Source of the DNA: Octopus bimaculoides
Taxonomy: Eukaryota
DNA length: 64,000 bases
Direction: 5' to 3'
Assembly (NCBI RefSeq): GCF_001194135.2
Contig: NC_068985.1
Location: 87,406,733-87,470,732 of the forward strand
Below, one piece after another: positions 25,398 through 39,485 of the stretch. A model generated the notes under the pieces. It did not search any database. It was not told the origin of the DNA and worked only from the letters and a program-made list of their open reading frames with translations. Within the stretch, counting starts at the first letter, position 1. The number at the start of each line of letters is the position of its first letter. The translations under genes and the position numbers were made by a program.

Positions 25398-26999
25398 AAA
25401 CTTACTTGGAAAAGGATGCGTGGCGTTTGATCATATGATAATATAAATAATATATAAATATATGCATATATACATACATATATGTACATAACTACATATA
25501 TATGTATATATACATAAGTGTATGTATGTGTGTGTGTGTGTGTGTGGATACAAGTGAGAAAATGTTAGTAATGTTTTTTTTATATACTGTCATGTTTTTG
25601 TTTAATTACCATAAGTTCAACTTTTTAGCAGAAGAGATATGTTGTTTTATTCTATGTATTCATATGTATGAACATTTAGATATAAACATACGTTTTCCCA
25701 TAATTAACATTTCCGAGTTGTAGTTTACCAGAAAATATAATGGTGTATATATTCATATGATAAGTATGAGAAATATAACACAGTTAAAAAGGAGAGAAGG
25801 GAAACATTCACATCTTACTATGAGTTTTTTTGTAAAGAAAACGTTCTTAGTATGTACACTTTTGTGTATGTTGTAGCAAAAAAGAGGTTTTGGGGTAGAA
25901 GAAAAAATCGTATTTGATTGGCCAGTACCCGGTTTGCGATGCTGTTCAGTTCACCAAAATTATGGTTAATTTTTTGCAAATGAAAAAAGTAGGTGCAGAA
26001 TGTGTGTATGCATGTATGATATGTATCTATATGTACTTATAAAAGTGCATTTGTATGTGCATATTGCGCAGTTATGCTGCGAGTTATTTTATTAAAATCA
26101 ATTAGCGAAAATAGCAAAGTAAAAAGGAAAATATCAAATTTAATGTTATTAATTCTCTAAAACAGAAAGAAACTGTAAAAATATTTAGCTGAATAGAGAA
26201 AATTGTTTACTTTATGGAATGAGTTTTGAACAATGTGTTTGTTTCTGTCAACAAAATGTAACTATGTGGGGTAAGACGACATCAGCGGGAATGGTGTAAA
26301 GATTTTATATGTGCGGTTGTTTATACACAGCATGAATCTAAGTTATTGTAAAGTTAAAGCGGAAGAAATTCGAACATGCACTTATGGACAGTTTGTAGAG
26401 GAAAATCCTAGCCTTCTTTCACTTTGTTTAAAATCAATCGCTAATCTAACAAAAAGCAACTGCAACTATGAATGGAATATTATTTGTCCATTACAATCTA
26501 AATTCTCTTCCGCTGAAATGTTTAAATGCACAACAAAAACTAACAACTTGGCTTAAGGGCTTACATCAAATCCGTTCAAACACATTTATAACCACCAAAT
26601 TTGTACATCAGGAAATAAAAATACAACTATTTCACTAACTTCATTCACACGAGCGCCGAAAATAAATGAAGTGTATAGCATAAAATGAAATATAAATGAA
26701 TAAAATCATAAAACTTATGAACAGCTGCGGCACCACAACTGCTAAATCCTATTTACTAAAAATAATTTTTATACATAGAAAAATACAAGCAAATAAGAAT
26801 GTGCAAACATGTAAAATAAATGTAAACTCTATGACATACTCATTTAGATAAACAATTAAAGTAGCAAACACTCTTATCTTTGACCTGTGAAAGCATTCCA
26901 GGTATGTCATCACTGTGTCATCCACAAAATTCATATGCATAAATTTGAAATATAAGTTTTTGATTTGAATATATTTCATTTTGACTATATCTCACATAT

Positions 27000-27317
27000 G
27001 GAAGCACTCCGACGTTTAAGACGACGAGGGTCCCAGCTGATCCGATGAACGAAACAGCTTGCTTTTGAAATTAACGCGCAAGTGACTGAGCACTCCACAA
27101 ACACGTGTACATTTAACGTAGTTCTCAGGTAGAATCAACGTGACACAGAGTGTGACAAGTTCGGCCCTTTGATATACAGGTACAATCCATTTTTGCCAGC
27201 TGAGTGGAGTGGAGCAAGGTGAAATAAAGTGTCTTGCTCAAGGACACAACGCATCGCCGGGGATTGAACTCATGACTACGATCGTCAGCCGAATGCCTTA
27301 ACTACTAAGCCACGCGC

Positions 27318-27320
<3 letters not shown>
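27000..27320 (-). mobile_element. CORE-type tRNA-derived SINE, near full length
   Basis: RC head 'ggcgcgtggcttagtagttaagg' (A box), GAGTTCAATCCCC (B box), CORE-like 'gtgtccttgagcaagacactt...ccactcagctgg'. Confidence 0.85.
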
Positions 27321-27360
<40 letters not shown>

Positions 27361-28699
27361 TATATGCATGCATAAATCCTGTTTACCACATTCATGCAAG
27401 GAAGATGATGTGCATGAAAGTGACTCTGAGTCTAAAAGAGTACGAGTCACATTCCTATAGTAGAAATTGACAAGCACATATATTCTTCAGTTTCACCAAA
27501 TTGGCTTTTTATTATTTTTTAATCATTGTATAAATACAATGATCCAAATGATAATTTAAATTTAATTACAATGTGTGTTCTTTTGATATATTTTATATCC
27601 GTTTTAATGCATTATATATTATTTATATATTTTCTCAAAATTATTAAAATCTTAGTCTTAATATTTAAAACAAACAAGAAAACTTCATTGGTAACAAGCC
27701 GAGTAAAAGTTATTACCAGAGTAAAAAAACTAGACCTACAACTCATTTAAAAAACACATATTTATTACCCGAAATAATGTTCTATAATTTGCATGTCACG
27801 ATTCCATTGTTATTTCAAAAATAATCAATCCCTCTCACTTTACATCATTATCTCCTCCTACATCCATACTTTCACTGCTATTGTATTCTGATGGCAAGAT
27901 AGCCATGGTGACTCTCTCTCTCAATATATGCATAGTAATAATTGACGTTGTTATTTTAATGCCTGATGATCTCCCATGACGAAAGAAATAAATATATCCA
28001 TGTAGATCTCAGTTATTTCTTGTCAATATTTTCATAATAATAAATTTGGCCGTATGCGTGGTGTACATATGCGTAATTGGATATTGTTGGTTACAAACTT
28101 AAGACCAAAACTATTCAAAAATGCAAACACGTTAAGATGTCGTTTAACACTTACGTTTGAGAATGCACAAAAATACACACATGTATATTTAAGTATTTAC
28201 CCAAAAACTGAGCCGATTTTGCTCTTGATAAAGTTCTGAGAATGAAGCATAATGGAGAAGTTCCCATAAGTGGTGAATTAGCAGTCATGAGAGAAACAGA
28301 TAAAATATGTTGAAATATTTGTACCAACATTGTGCACTTTAGGTTCAAATTCCGCCAAAGTCTACTTTCTTTCAAGTTCGGTAAGAAATAAGTCCGTCAA
28401 GTCAGTTGCCTCGAAGTAGTTGTTCCAATTCTCTACTATCTGAGTTCAAATCTTGCCATGATCATCTTGAGTTGTACAATGAATCTGTAATTTGATTAAA
28501 TAATACCACTAGTAAACGTAATCAGATCTCACTCTATTTCAAGCATGTACACCAGATTTCCAGTTTGGAAATAACTTTCCACTCACCAGACTTCGAAGGA
28601 AGTAAATCGAGGATGAACACAGGGTCGAACATGGCTTATATTTTCCCTGGAAAATGATCTCGAAAGAAGGGTTTGGGTTTCCTTTTACCAATTCTTCAA

Positions 28700-28860
28700 C
28701 AGCTGCAGACATATCTGAGTGGTTAAGAAGTTCGTTTCACAGCAACACGGTTTCTGGTTTAGTTCCATCATGCGACTCCTGAGGTAAGTGTCTTCTCCTA
28801 TAGCTTGGAGCCAACCGAATCCTTGTGAGTGAATTAAGTAGATGGACACTGAAATAAACT
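28700..28860 (-). mobile_element. SINE 5' half, diverged
   Basis: Similar to 11760-11870 and inverse of 36838-36960. Confidence 0.6.
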
Positions 28861-29269
28861 GATTAAAATTTAGGCGGTATTGCCTACATGAATTTGACCA
28901 CAATAAATTAAAGCGTGTCTACTGACGTGAAAGCGGTCAAAATACCTTTGGCGGTCAAAACACCTTTGGCGGTAAAAGTCTACAAAGAAAGATTCGTTCC
29001 CTATAAAAGAAACAGCGATTTTGTTTGGTGAAGATGAAGTAATTTAGATCCATAACGTCGAATACAGATCTTGGAACTTTACTTTATCCAAAAATATGAA
29101 AAATCTGGAATAGAAAAGATATAACTGGAACATAGTCATGTTAAGAATGATGCATATATGTATGGATATAGTTATGTACACGTGTGCGCGCGCGTGTGTT
29201 TGTGTATGTGTGCATGCAAGTATATATGTATGGCGTGTGATAGTTGTGTATGATAGTCATACAAGCAGT

Positions 29270-29460
29270 GTCGTTCGTTTCCAGTTATCTATGAGGACAT
29301 TTCTGGCCATGAGAAAATATTAGGTTTCTTGGAAACAAGACAATGTTTGCGACAGGAAGTGCAGAGACCATAACAAAATGTGTTTCAACGAATTCTATGT
29401 GAACTTTACAAAAACGGAAGAGTGTGCGAATATATCATTATCGTAAACTATGATGAATAT
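29270..29460 (+). mobile_element. SINE 3' portion
   Basis: 'ttctggccatgagaaaatattaggtttcttggaaacaagac...gcgacaggaag' homologous to 2135-2285. Confidence 0.6.
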
Positions 29461-30755
29461 ATTTTCGTCTTTATTGTAAAATACTCAAGGGAGTTAATGA
29501 AGAGAGAATTGGAGCTTAAAGAATAACGCATTCGACAGTATCTCATTAAGTAAAGAGTCTGATTATTCTGGATGATTTTTTAAAACATGTATGGAGTGTA
29601 TGTCTCTTCTGAGGTTGTTCTGTTGTAAAGGCTGTGTTAGGCTCAAGATCAAAAGATCTTACGTTCGTCTCCACACCTGGCAGTGCGTTTTGACCTTGGA
29701 AAAAGTACATCATTTCACATTTATCCAGCATACATAACTGAAAACGATACCAGTATTCCGCTGAACTACTTGGTAAGAAGGGTCACGTGGATCTCTATGT
29801 GGATCTCAAAGGCGGCTAAAACAATTAGCAAAAGTTTGGTGCATGCTAACAAGTCATACGCCCTACGCCCTTGTGAATGCTGGCTGTTTGGTTTTAGATT
29901 AGAACAATACGGGATAGTCATGACTGAATTGCCATGGGGTTATATATATATCACGTTGAACAGGGAAGATTTGGTCGTAAAAAAGCAAAAACACCAACAT
30001 GAGCAACATAATGGTTGTTGGTTAAAAGCTGAATATAACCTGCAATATTTGGAGGAAACAGCAAGTTCTGCTCAGAAACAAGTTCTACTCCAAGTCGAGT
30101 ATAACCGCCCCTGCTCTGGCCTTACCCAGAATCTACAACCCAATGAAGAAGTAGGTGTCTTTATAACATCACTTAAACTGTTAGAAACAGCAGCCACATC
30201 TCCTGCAAAGCACACCTTTCTCTCAAATATATGCAGAAGGTATATTAGATGACGTAGTTGCAGCTATGTGCATAAGGTATGAATAATCATGCCTGGCGTT
30301 ACATAGGAAACAGGTTTGCATGATCAGAACCGACCTATGGCTAAACAACCACCACCACTACCCATCCCAGTCCACCAACACAACCATCGCCACCGCCACC
30401 GTCACCACCACACAGTAACAGTAACAACTCTATTATTATTATCATTATTACTGTTACAGAAAAATCTCTATCTTAAACAATACTTCAAAATCTGAAGAAT
30501 ATCATTGTATACAGTAATTATGCAAACATCTCCCTGATAACATAAAATTTATATGGTTAATTTAAAAGAGAAAGAGATATCTAATTGGTGCACAATTGAT
30601 ATTTTATTTGTTGTGTTGACCAAGCATTTCAGTATACACGATGGCGTATATTTTGTGTTTAAATATTTCCTTATTACGGAGTTTAGAAATATAACAGTAT
30701 AACTCTATTTATAAGTTTCCATTTCCCACTTACTCACCCTCCTCTGATTGTGTGT

Positions 30756-30795
<40 letters not shown>

Positions 30796-32081
30796 NNNNN
30801 NNNNNNNNNNNNNNNNNNNNNNNNNNNNNNNNNNNNNNNNNNNNNNNNNNNNNNNNNNNNNNNNNNNNNNNNNNNNNNNNNNNNNNNNNNNNNNNNNNNN
30901 NNNNNNNNNNNNNNNNNNNNNNNNNNNNNNNNNNNNNNNNNNNNNNNNNNNNNNNNNNNNNNNNNNNNNNNNNNNNNNNNNNNNNNNNNNNNNNNNNNNN
31001 NNNNNNNNNNNNNNNNNNNNNNNNNNNNNNNNNNNNNNNNNNNNNNNNNNNNNNNNNNNNNNNNNNNNNNNNNNNNNNNNNNNNNNNNNNNNNNNNNNNN
31101 NNNNNNNNNNNNNNNNNNNNNNNNNNNNNNNNNNNNNNNNNNNNNNNNNNNNNNNNNNNNNNNNNNNNNNNNNNNNNNNNNNNNNNNNNNNNNNNNNNNN
31201 NNNNNNNNNNNNNNNNNNNNNNNNNNNNNNNNNNNNNNNNNNNNNNNNNNNNNNNNNNNNNNNNNNNNNNNNNNNNNNNNNNNNNNNNNNNNNNNNNNNN
31301 NNNNNNNNNNNNNNNNNNNNNNNNNNNNNNNNNNNNNNNNNNNNNNNNNNNNNNNNNNNNNNNNNNNNNNNNNNNNNNNNNNNNNNNNNNNNNNNNNNNN
31401 NNNNNNNNNNNNNNNNNNNNNNNNNNNNNNNNNNNNNNNNNNNNNNNNNNNNNNNNNNNNNNNNNNNNNNNNNNNNNNNNNNNNNNNNNNNNNNNNNNNN
31501 NNNNNNNNNNNNNNNNNNNNNNNNNNNNNNNNNNNNNNNNNNNNNNNNNNNNNNNNNNNNNNNNNNNNNNNNNNNNNNNNNNNNNNNNNNNNNNNNNNNN
31601 NNNNNNNNNNNNNNNNNNNNNNNNNNNNNNNNNNNNNNNNNNNTATATATATACATAGGTATGTGTGTATGTGTGCGGGTGTGTGTTGGTGTGTATATGT
31701 ATGTGTCATTACCAGTGTAGTCGTATTTACATTGAAGATATGATCAAATAACAATCAAATGAAATTAAAGAGTTTCTAATGAAAGGGAACCATTGTCACA
31801 AAACATCTAATTTCGTTGGATATAAAAAGCACATTCTGTTTATACGTGTAGCATCTGAGAACAATAAATATACCACTATATCACTCTCATTGAAACTAGA
31901 AATATTGCAACTATCTGTAGATGTGTAGATCTGTGATGTTAGTCACGTTCGCTAGACAGTTAATCCCATTGAACAATGGGCCAGACACAGAAAAGTTATT
32001 TCACTGACTTTACTAGCTCTTACAGTTTATGTTACATCCCTGGGTCTCTGGATCTTTAGTCAAGCATATTAGTCACCTTCT

Positions 32082-32336
32082 TTAACCCGTTTGATACCTA
32101 CCTAAAACTACCCAAGCTTCTATGGCATTAACATCCCGTTTTAAAATCATTTAAATTAAAGCCGTTCTTCATGCTAATTCATGTTCGATACACCAGCTTT
32201 AGTTTAATAACTAAAACAACTATTTAGTAAAATAATTCTCTAATTAGAGTGATATTTTACTAAAGACTTCATAACTTAAACATTAATCGAAATAAAAGCA
32301 GCAATTTTAGCATAAATATGGTTACAAAAGAGTTAA
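32082..32336. mobile_element. piggyBac-like MITE with TTAA duplications
   Basis: TTAA|CCCGTTTGATACC ... GGTTACAAAAGAG|TTAA, imperfect 13-bp TIRs; a partial second unit follows to about 32430. Confidence 0.6.
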
Positions 32337-33257
32337 ATTGATCTAAATTAAAATCTCCCATCAAAATTTCATGTAAATTTATGTTCCAAACATCAGCTTA
32401 CTAATGATAAAATTATTTTATTAAATTCCTTATTAGTTTCCAATCCCGAGTGTTGTTCGTCATGTGACCGGTGACTTTGGCAATATCCTTTTGCCATAAC
32501 GGGTAATATCAGGAAATATAGCAAACATATAATAATTAAAATTTAATGTTTATCAAATTTTTCTTGGTGCATACACAAATTGATTAATTGAATACTAATT
32601 TAAAAAACAAAATATATTACCTTAAAACAAATTGAAACAAATTTCTCAATTGTATAACTTCTATGAATATTGTCCTTTAGTCCTTTCTAACGAAGAACTG
32701 AAGGGTGAAAATGTTTTCTAGATATAAAAATGCTTCGTTTTGTTTAGTGCTTTCGAGAAATAGAATATTGGTGTTTTCAAAGTGCCTGTTCATGAAATCA
32801 GCGTCGATTAGATGTGAGGAGTCTAGCGTTTATGCCGATGACTCTAGTGTGCAGAGGATTAGAAAAGAATGAAAGATAGAACTGAACTCTGCGCTACAGT
32901 AAAGCTGCTACAGACAGAGGCAGAGTGTCTATTCTAAAGGCAAAAACTAAGAATGTGTGATCTAGTGAAATGCCCGTACCGACAGGTGAGAATCAGGCAC
33001 AGTTCAGGGACAGGCAGTTATGAGACAATACTGTCTGAGCTGGTTCTATGCATTACGGATCACAAAGCATATCAATGGAATCACTAGTTTAATTATCACA
33101 AATGCTCAAATTCTTTTTCAATAAACACAACCGAAAGGATATGCATGCATATATNNNNNNNNNNNNNNNNNNNNNNNNNNNNNNNNNNNNNNNNNNNNNN
33201 NNNNNNNNNNNNNNNNNNNNNNNNNNNNNNNNNNNNNNATATATATATATATATATA

Positions 33258-33392
33258 AAACCACGTGTGTGCCGTTGGCAATTTTCGTCCATCGTCTCCC
33301 CTTCCTTTGGACTTCCTTCTATTTCTGAAGAAGAGATTTGCTCGAAACGTTAAATCCTCTTTCCTTCCTTTCCTGAGCGTCTGATAATACAG
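33258..33392 (+). mobile_element. short non-autonomous hammerhead-bearing repeat (PLE/retrozyme-like)
   Basis: About 135-bp pyrimidine-rich unit directly after (TA)n, containing the hammerhead motif below. Confidence 0.55.
33321..33355 (+). ncRNA. minimal type-I hammerhead ribozyme, core intact
   Basis: ATTT-CTGAAGA-A-GAG-atttg-CTC-GAAA-CG-T-T-AAAT: stem I ATTT/AAAT, stem II GAG/CTC, palindromic ACGT stem III, GUU cleavage triplet. Confidence 0.75.
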
Positions 33393-33394
33393 TA

Positions 33395-34266
33395 CTTCGA
33401 TCGCTTCTTTCCAACATTATTTGAACGAGCAGGATAAATATTTTTACCATAGTGTTTGAAGGTCCTGTAGCTTTATTGTTTCTCTATAACCGTTGCTCAT
33501 AGTCTTTGATATTTGAATAAATTTTACCTCTTTTACTACAAGTGGCGATGGAGTATCAAGAAGAAAAATAAGACCATTTTCGATACCAGCTTCTCTCGGG
33601 TTTCAGTGAAAATTCCATTGTTGCCAAAGCCTCTGGAGACATTTATATTACAAACAGAGAAGGCACTATTACTGAAAGAACACCACAGAAAAGGTTTAAA
33701 TGCTTCCAAGAATGTAAAGATGAACTCACACAGTATCCGTGTTCCAAGCGACTTGTTCAGTTCATAGTCAATTAAGCAAACTCATCCACGAGAATCTGCG
33801 CCAAGCAACTTGAGAATTGACTTGGCTAATGGGATGCTCTCTTGATACCATCAGCCGTCACCACACTCGATGGGCAATCCGACCGAAAGGAACCGACCAA
33901 CGGTGACACGTCGTGATTCTTCAACAGCACAACTATTGCTCATATGTCGCTAATTAGATCAAATGTGTTATTCAAAAGTTTGGCTGAGACATGTTGCCAC
34001 AACTAACGTATTGTTCTGATACAGTCTTCAGAACATTACCTTTTTCTGTCGCTCTTCAACAGGCAGTGAAGCGTTTTGTTCAACAATGACGTGGAGACAA
34101 AAAATGTGTCCAAATGAATTCTACTGTGAAGGCGATCACAAGTTAAGGAACGTAGGCATGAAATTGTGAACAAAGAGTGTTTATTGTTGAGTGATCTGTG
34201 AAAACTGTTGATGAAAAAGATCAAAATAAATGAAATAGATGAACGAATTTAGCTGACAACCCACTA
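33395..34266 (+). pseudogene. mariner transposase pseudogene with internal deletion and right TIR
   Basis: ATG at 33548: MEYQEEK*DHFRYQLL..EGTITERTPQKRFK..KLIHENLRQAT*EL (HTH), then HVVILQQHN (VILQHDN-like), QKFG*DMLP, EFYCEGDHKLRER; TIR-like end 'gaacgaatttagctgacaacccacta'. Confidence 0.88.
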
Positions 34267-36837
34267 TGCGCGCGCGCGCGTATGCTTGTGTGTACATACA
34301 CACATGCATATAAACATTGCTTTTTAAGAGACTATAAAAAGCAGAGACGTCCCCCAGATTGACGTCAGAAACGTGTTTCGACCTGATTTGTTCTTCTAAG
34401 TTAGGACAACCTCCGGACATTCTAAGAAGAAGTCAGACTCTTCGCTCTAATGTAGAAATCAACAAGTAAAACCTCCGCCGCTTTGTGCAGAAAGAAGCCA
34501 GACTTGAATGAATTCAACATATTCTCTTGAAACAGCATTAGATTAGATTAACAATATGAATAACATTTATAATTTATATACAAACACAGAAAGATGCTAT
34601 GCATGCATTTATACACACAAGCACATACATATGGATACATAAACGTATGTATCGACCACATTTCGACAGGTGATATACCTTTGTCACGTCTCTTATTTTA
34701 ACCAATCACAATCCAGTACTTTGCGGAGCTAATTTACTGATATAGCACGGAAAAATTTATTCTCTTCTACATTTCCCACTAGACAAACTTCGCTGGAGTC
34801 TGACTAGTCTCTCTTAGCTTCTGGCTTTTTATTCTGACAACTGTCTTGTGTCAGATTATATCCTACTAGCATTGCATACTCCTTAATAATACCCAACATC
34901 TACTTCGCCATAGCTACTGTAAAATTACCGCTAATAAATATGTATACGTTGAAGTTACGTTTCTTCGTATGGTGAGCATTTTTTCCATTAGCACAGAATT
35001 AACTATCCAACATAAATTATCCCATTGACACGAAAACATGAAAAACATCTATGAATATTGTCCATAACATTCCTGCAAAACAAATCATACACATTCACGT
35101 AAACTGTTGCAAATTAATATCTAGAATTTTCCATGCTCGAATTCTAAAATTCTATTTCTTTCAAATCATGTGCTGCGCAGTTATTCCTGCTTTATTTTAC
35201 CAGCAAAATCCGTTGAGGGCGTATTTTTTTCTCTTGGTAAATAACAAAGGAAAATTATATACAAACTATAACCAAGTTTAGTTGTTATACCTCTGAAGTG
35301 TCTCTCTAGATATCATATACATACTTACATTCACATTTATATACAATAAAACACAGACACGCACACATATCGAGTTCTATGTTTTGGAAGTATTTCTTTA
35401 ATATTTTCGTATGTATTTCTTGCAGAAAGATTTAAAAACAATCATCTACGATCTTACTTCTCGTCATTAGAATGAAGTCATAGCAAAGTATGCTGCTACG
35501 ATATTATGGAATACTCGAGCAATTACCGCTATGGTTAGTAGGGCAATTACTACGATCAGAATTTCAATGGCAACATTACGAACGTAATTTTGCTTTTTGC
35601 TCGTTAGACTTATACCTTATCAATCTGGTATTCCTTTGTTTTTACTTACGCTATATTATATAACGACTTGTCTATTAAAGCAGCGAACTATTTGTATTGC
35701 TGTCATCTTTAATCGTATATTTTTGTGTGGAATTTTATATAAATTAAATGTATTTTTTTATCAGTACTAGTAGGAACCATGGTAATTCTACAGAATGAAA
35801 AGGATCCATCTCTATCTACCTTTAATTAACCTCACCACCAGAATATTACCGTCTGCTAAACATTGTATCCTGAACATATCGCTTACTCTTTACCTTTCCC
35901 TCTCTACCCTTCTCTCTCGCTCTTTTCTCTCACCATCTTTTTCTCTCACCATCTTTTTCTCTCACTCTTCACCTCCTCTCTCTTCAACTAATCACGTGAC
36001 ACATTTGGCCTTATTGTACATCTTTCTCTACTTCTTCCTCACTTCTTTCTTCTCTACTTACACTCTTCCTCACTCTCTCATACAGTACTCCACCTCCAAC
36101 CCTCCAACTAATTTAATTATAACAGGCGAACGAACAAGCAGATTATTATATAGATTTTTTTCCCGTCTACGTTTGTACTGTGTTGATTTAAAGCTTTGCA
36201 GTTGCTCTTTGTTGGAAAACCCATGGGAGAGAGCTGAACTTGTGTGACTAATATAACATTTACAGTTGTGATGTTTACATCTTGCACTTGATCATTAATA
36301 GCCAGTTTAAGAGTTTATAAATTTTGAAGTTTGTTAATGTTGATGTTTTTCATTCTAATGTTTTGTATCGTATTATTAACGTTAGGTTAATATTTTGATC
36401 ATGCTTTCTTTTCTGTAATCAGTACGTATGTTATTTATACAATACATGAACTAATAGACCAAACTATACAACAATATAGATATAATTTCATTGCTATAGA
36501 CACATCAGACACTACAAAAATTAAAGATACACTAAATTTTGCACAGTGTATTACATGAAACAAACGCATAACCACAATAGAGTAATGGACACAAAATCAA
36601 ACATCTCATGAAGCCATAAAATAATGTAAAATGCATTACGCTATAAGCAGTAATGTTATTAAAGTACTACAAAACAAAAAATATAAACTTTATTAAAACA
36701 ACACAATGCTATAAGCCTGAAATTAAAGCTGCTGCTGGTCTAAGATTACATTTGATTACATACCACGAAGTTATAAACTCTACGACACCAAATGTCATAC
36801 TGGCAAAACAAGTATGGTAATCTTTTGGTTGCTCATT

Positions 36838-37131
36838 ATGAGGCATCGCTGTGGATGTGTAGCAAGACATTTGCTTCCCAACCGCATGATTCCAGATTCA
36901 GTCTCACTGAGTGGCACCTTGGGCAAATGTCTTCTACTACAGCCTTGCGCCCACCAAAGCGGATATGATAGATATGTTTTCTTTTATTCCTTTCTGCTGA
37001 AGAGCGTAGGCTCGAAACGTAAATGACTTTTTCATTTTTTCCAAGCATCAAACTAATACACTTGCTTGTTGTTCATACACTTGTCTTCGTCTTTGGTTCT
37101 TGTATAAATTTCAACTATACACACACACAAG

Positions 37132-37165
<34 letters not shown>

Positions 37166-37261
37166 CACACATATATGTATACATCTAAACAGTCCTGAAG
37201 GCATGGTAACTTCTGTGCCCTTAATTAGAATTGTGTTCTATACAATTATCTCTCTGTCTCT

Positions 37262-37322
<61 letters not shown>

Positions 37323-37640
37323 ATATATGTGTGTGTGTGTGTGTGTGTATGTATATATATATGTATATATGCACACACATACGCACACACACACGCATAT
37401 ATATGTATACATTATATCTATATGTGTGTACGTGTCTTTGCATCTGTGTTTGTATCCCACCACTGCTTAACAACCCGTTGATATATTTACGTTTCCGCAA
37501 CTTAGCGGTTCGACTAAACAAGTCGACAGAATAAGTCCCAGATCTTAAAAATTAATTACTGCTGTCGATTTGTCCGATTAAAATTCTTCAAGGCGTAGCC
37601 TCTGCATGGCTGCAGTCTAATGACTGAAACAAATAAAAGA
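36838..37640 (+). mobile_element. SINE split by a hammerhead-bearing insert and microsatellites
   Basis: Head 36838-36960 ('ttcccaaccgcatgattccagattcagtc..ggcaccttgggcaaatgtc'), tail 37440-37640 ('aacttagcggttcg...gcatggctgcagtctaatgactgaaac'). Confidence 0.7.
36990..37025 (+). ncRNA. minimal type-I hammerhead ribozyme, A6 substituted
   Basis: CTTT-CTGCTGA-A-GAGC-gtag-GCTC-GAAA-CG-T-A-AATG; one core substitution (CUGC vs CUGA), ACGT palindrome. Confidence 0.65.
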
Positions 37641-39439
37641 CATTATTGTATTAAGTAACAATTGCGATGATCGATATCTCTGCATTCTAAACAAGATATC
37701 AGTGAAGAGTTTATCTATCGTATACAGAATGTCCCATCAACAAAAGATGTAGAAGATTAATGATGGAAGTTACACTTAAAGTACAGTTCAAGTTTAAAAT
37801 AAACGTACACTCATAAAACAATTCAATCACAAATATATATGCATTTAATGATAACAAATATAAAGTAGGAACTATTGTTCACGCCATTCCGATTGGTCTC
37901 TTTTTCGAATATAAATAGGAAGCAAGGCTCAACAACTTTATTTTACCCTAAAGGTGAGACAGTAAATGTCTAGAAACTGATAAATTTCGGAAGTTTGCTG
38001 CGCCAAACTGTAAGGATCTCGTACAGATATATGATCGAACTCGAAATAACCTGGCTAAGAAGCTAACTTCCCAATCACACAACTATGCCTGTGTCCATTA
38101 CATGTCCTCGTTTTGTAGTTTATTCGCTATCATTTTGTCGTGTTATACTTCAGTAAATTCTTTAATGAAGTATAAAGTAGCATAAACTAGAGAGATATTT
38201 AGAATTGTCCTATCTACTTTACAGAAATACAAGAAGAAAAAAAACATTAGTTACTGACTAATGTTGATTTTTTTTCTCAACATCGTTTTCATTCAACGTT
38301 AGTAGTTTAATGCCTCATCTATTAAATATATTGACATTGACTTAGACATCAAGAAGCATTCAGTTGAAACTGGGTTTCTAAAATAGCAGGAAGTAAAAGC
38401 AGATTTGACAGTTTCACTTGAAATCTAAATAAATAAAGTGATATACACAACTTTTACTATCTTGATTGGGACAGAAAAGGTCACATGCTTATGAAATTTG
38501 CTTCGTGATTAAATTTTGTGGAGTTGGGTAGACAGAAGCTGTACGGAGGCTCATAAGGTGGGCTTGTTTAGTGAGATTAGGCCTAATCATTCACTCAGTT
38601 TAACACCCCTACCTAGTACCCTAGGGCATTTTTGTAGAGACCATTGTGTTACAGACCTTCGGCGCTTGTTTCTAGGGCGTGAGATTATCTCGATATCCTG
38701 ATATGTTACCCGTTTGCAGCACACTAAAGATTATTTTCTTTGTTTTGTTCCCTTGTTTCTTATCTGTCTCGGCTCCTCTGCAGAGCCATGAGAGATGCTT
38801 CGCTAAGCCCTTTAGTACAACACTCTGTCTGATAAAAGGCGTTGAAACAATCAACAGTTATAATCTTAGAGAGTGTTGAACATCAGCATATATAATATAC
38901 ATATATATATTTAATTTGCCCAGCTATGCTAGTAACACAACAGGTAGTAGAGATAAACTTGTGCTAGTAATATAATTTTACGCAGAAAATCCTGTCGTTT
39001 AATTTCTTCATAATAGTCTGAGATTTCGACTTTCTCAAATGGCATCAGGTCCTTTGTATTTAAGATCAGAAAAGTGTTCTTGATCTCTGGCAGAAGTGTA
39101 TGTGTCTTTTGTGGCCTAAAGATAAAAGAATTCTCGACGATTTCAAATTGCGAGATAAGTTGTGTTTGTCCAGTAATTCCAGGGTATAATCAACGAAATT
39201 CAGGGAAAGTCTGTGAAGGTTTTTGCCAATCGTCTTCATTGTTGGGGCCAATGATTAGATCTGAGGTGTACAAAGACATAGAGTAAAATTCATATGCTAT
39301 GCGAGGTGGACAGTTCCTGTCCAATAAGACCCGGGGGAACAGTGCGATATGGCCAGAGCGCTTTCGGAAGAAACTCAGACAAATCAGATCATTTCGCGGA
39401 AATGAAATGATCTGATTCTTAGTTGGGAAGAACTTGGTC

Positions 39440-39485
<46 letters not shown>

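Noticed and set aside
29683-30252. 189-aa ORF starting at TTG
   Set aside because: No recognisable domain or splice context; sits among repeat remnants
32825-32850. YADD-like RT motif
   Set aside because: No supporting RT motifs nearby in any frame
34355-34410. Minus-strand GAAAC with AGAAGA resembling a hammerhead
   Set aside because: Core and stems I/II too degenerate
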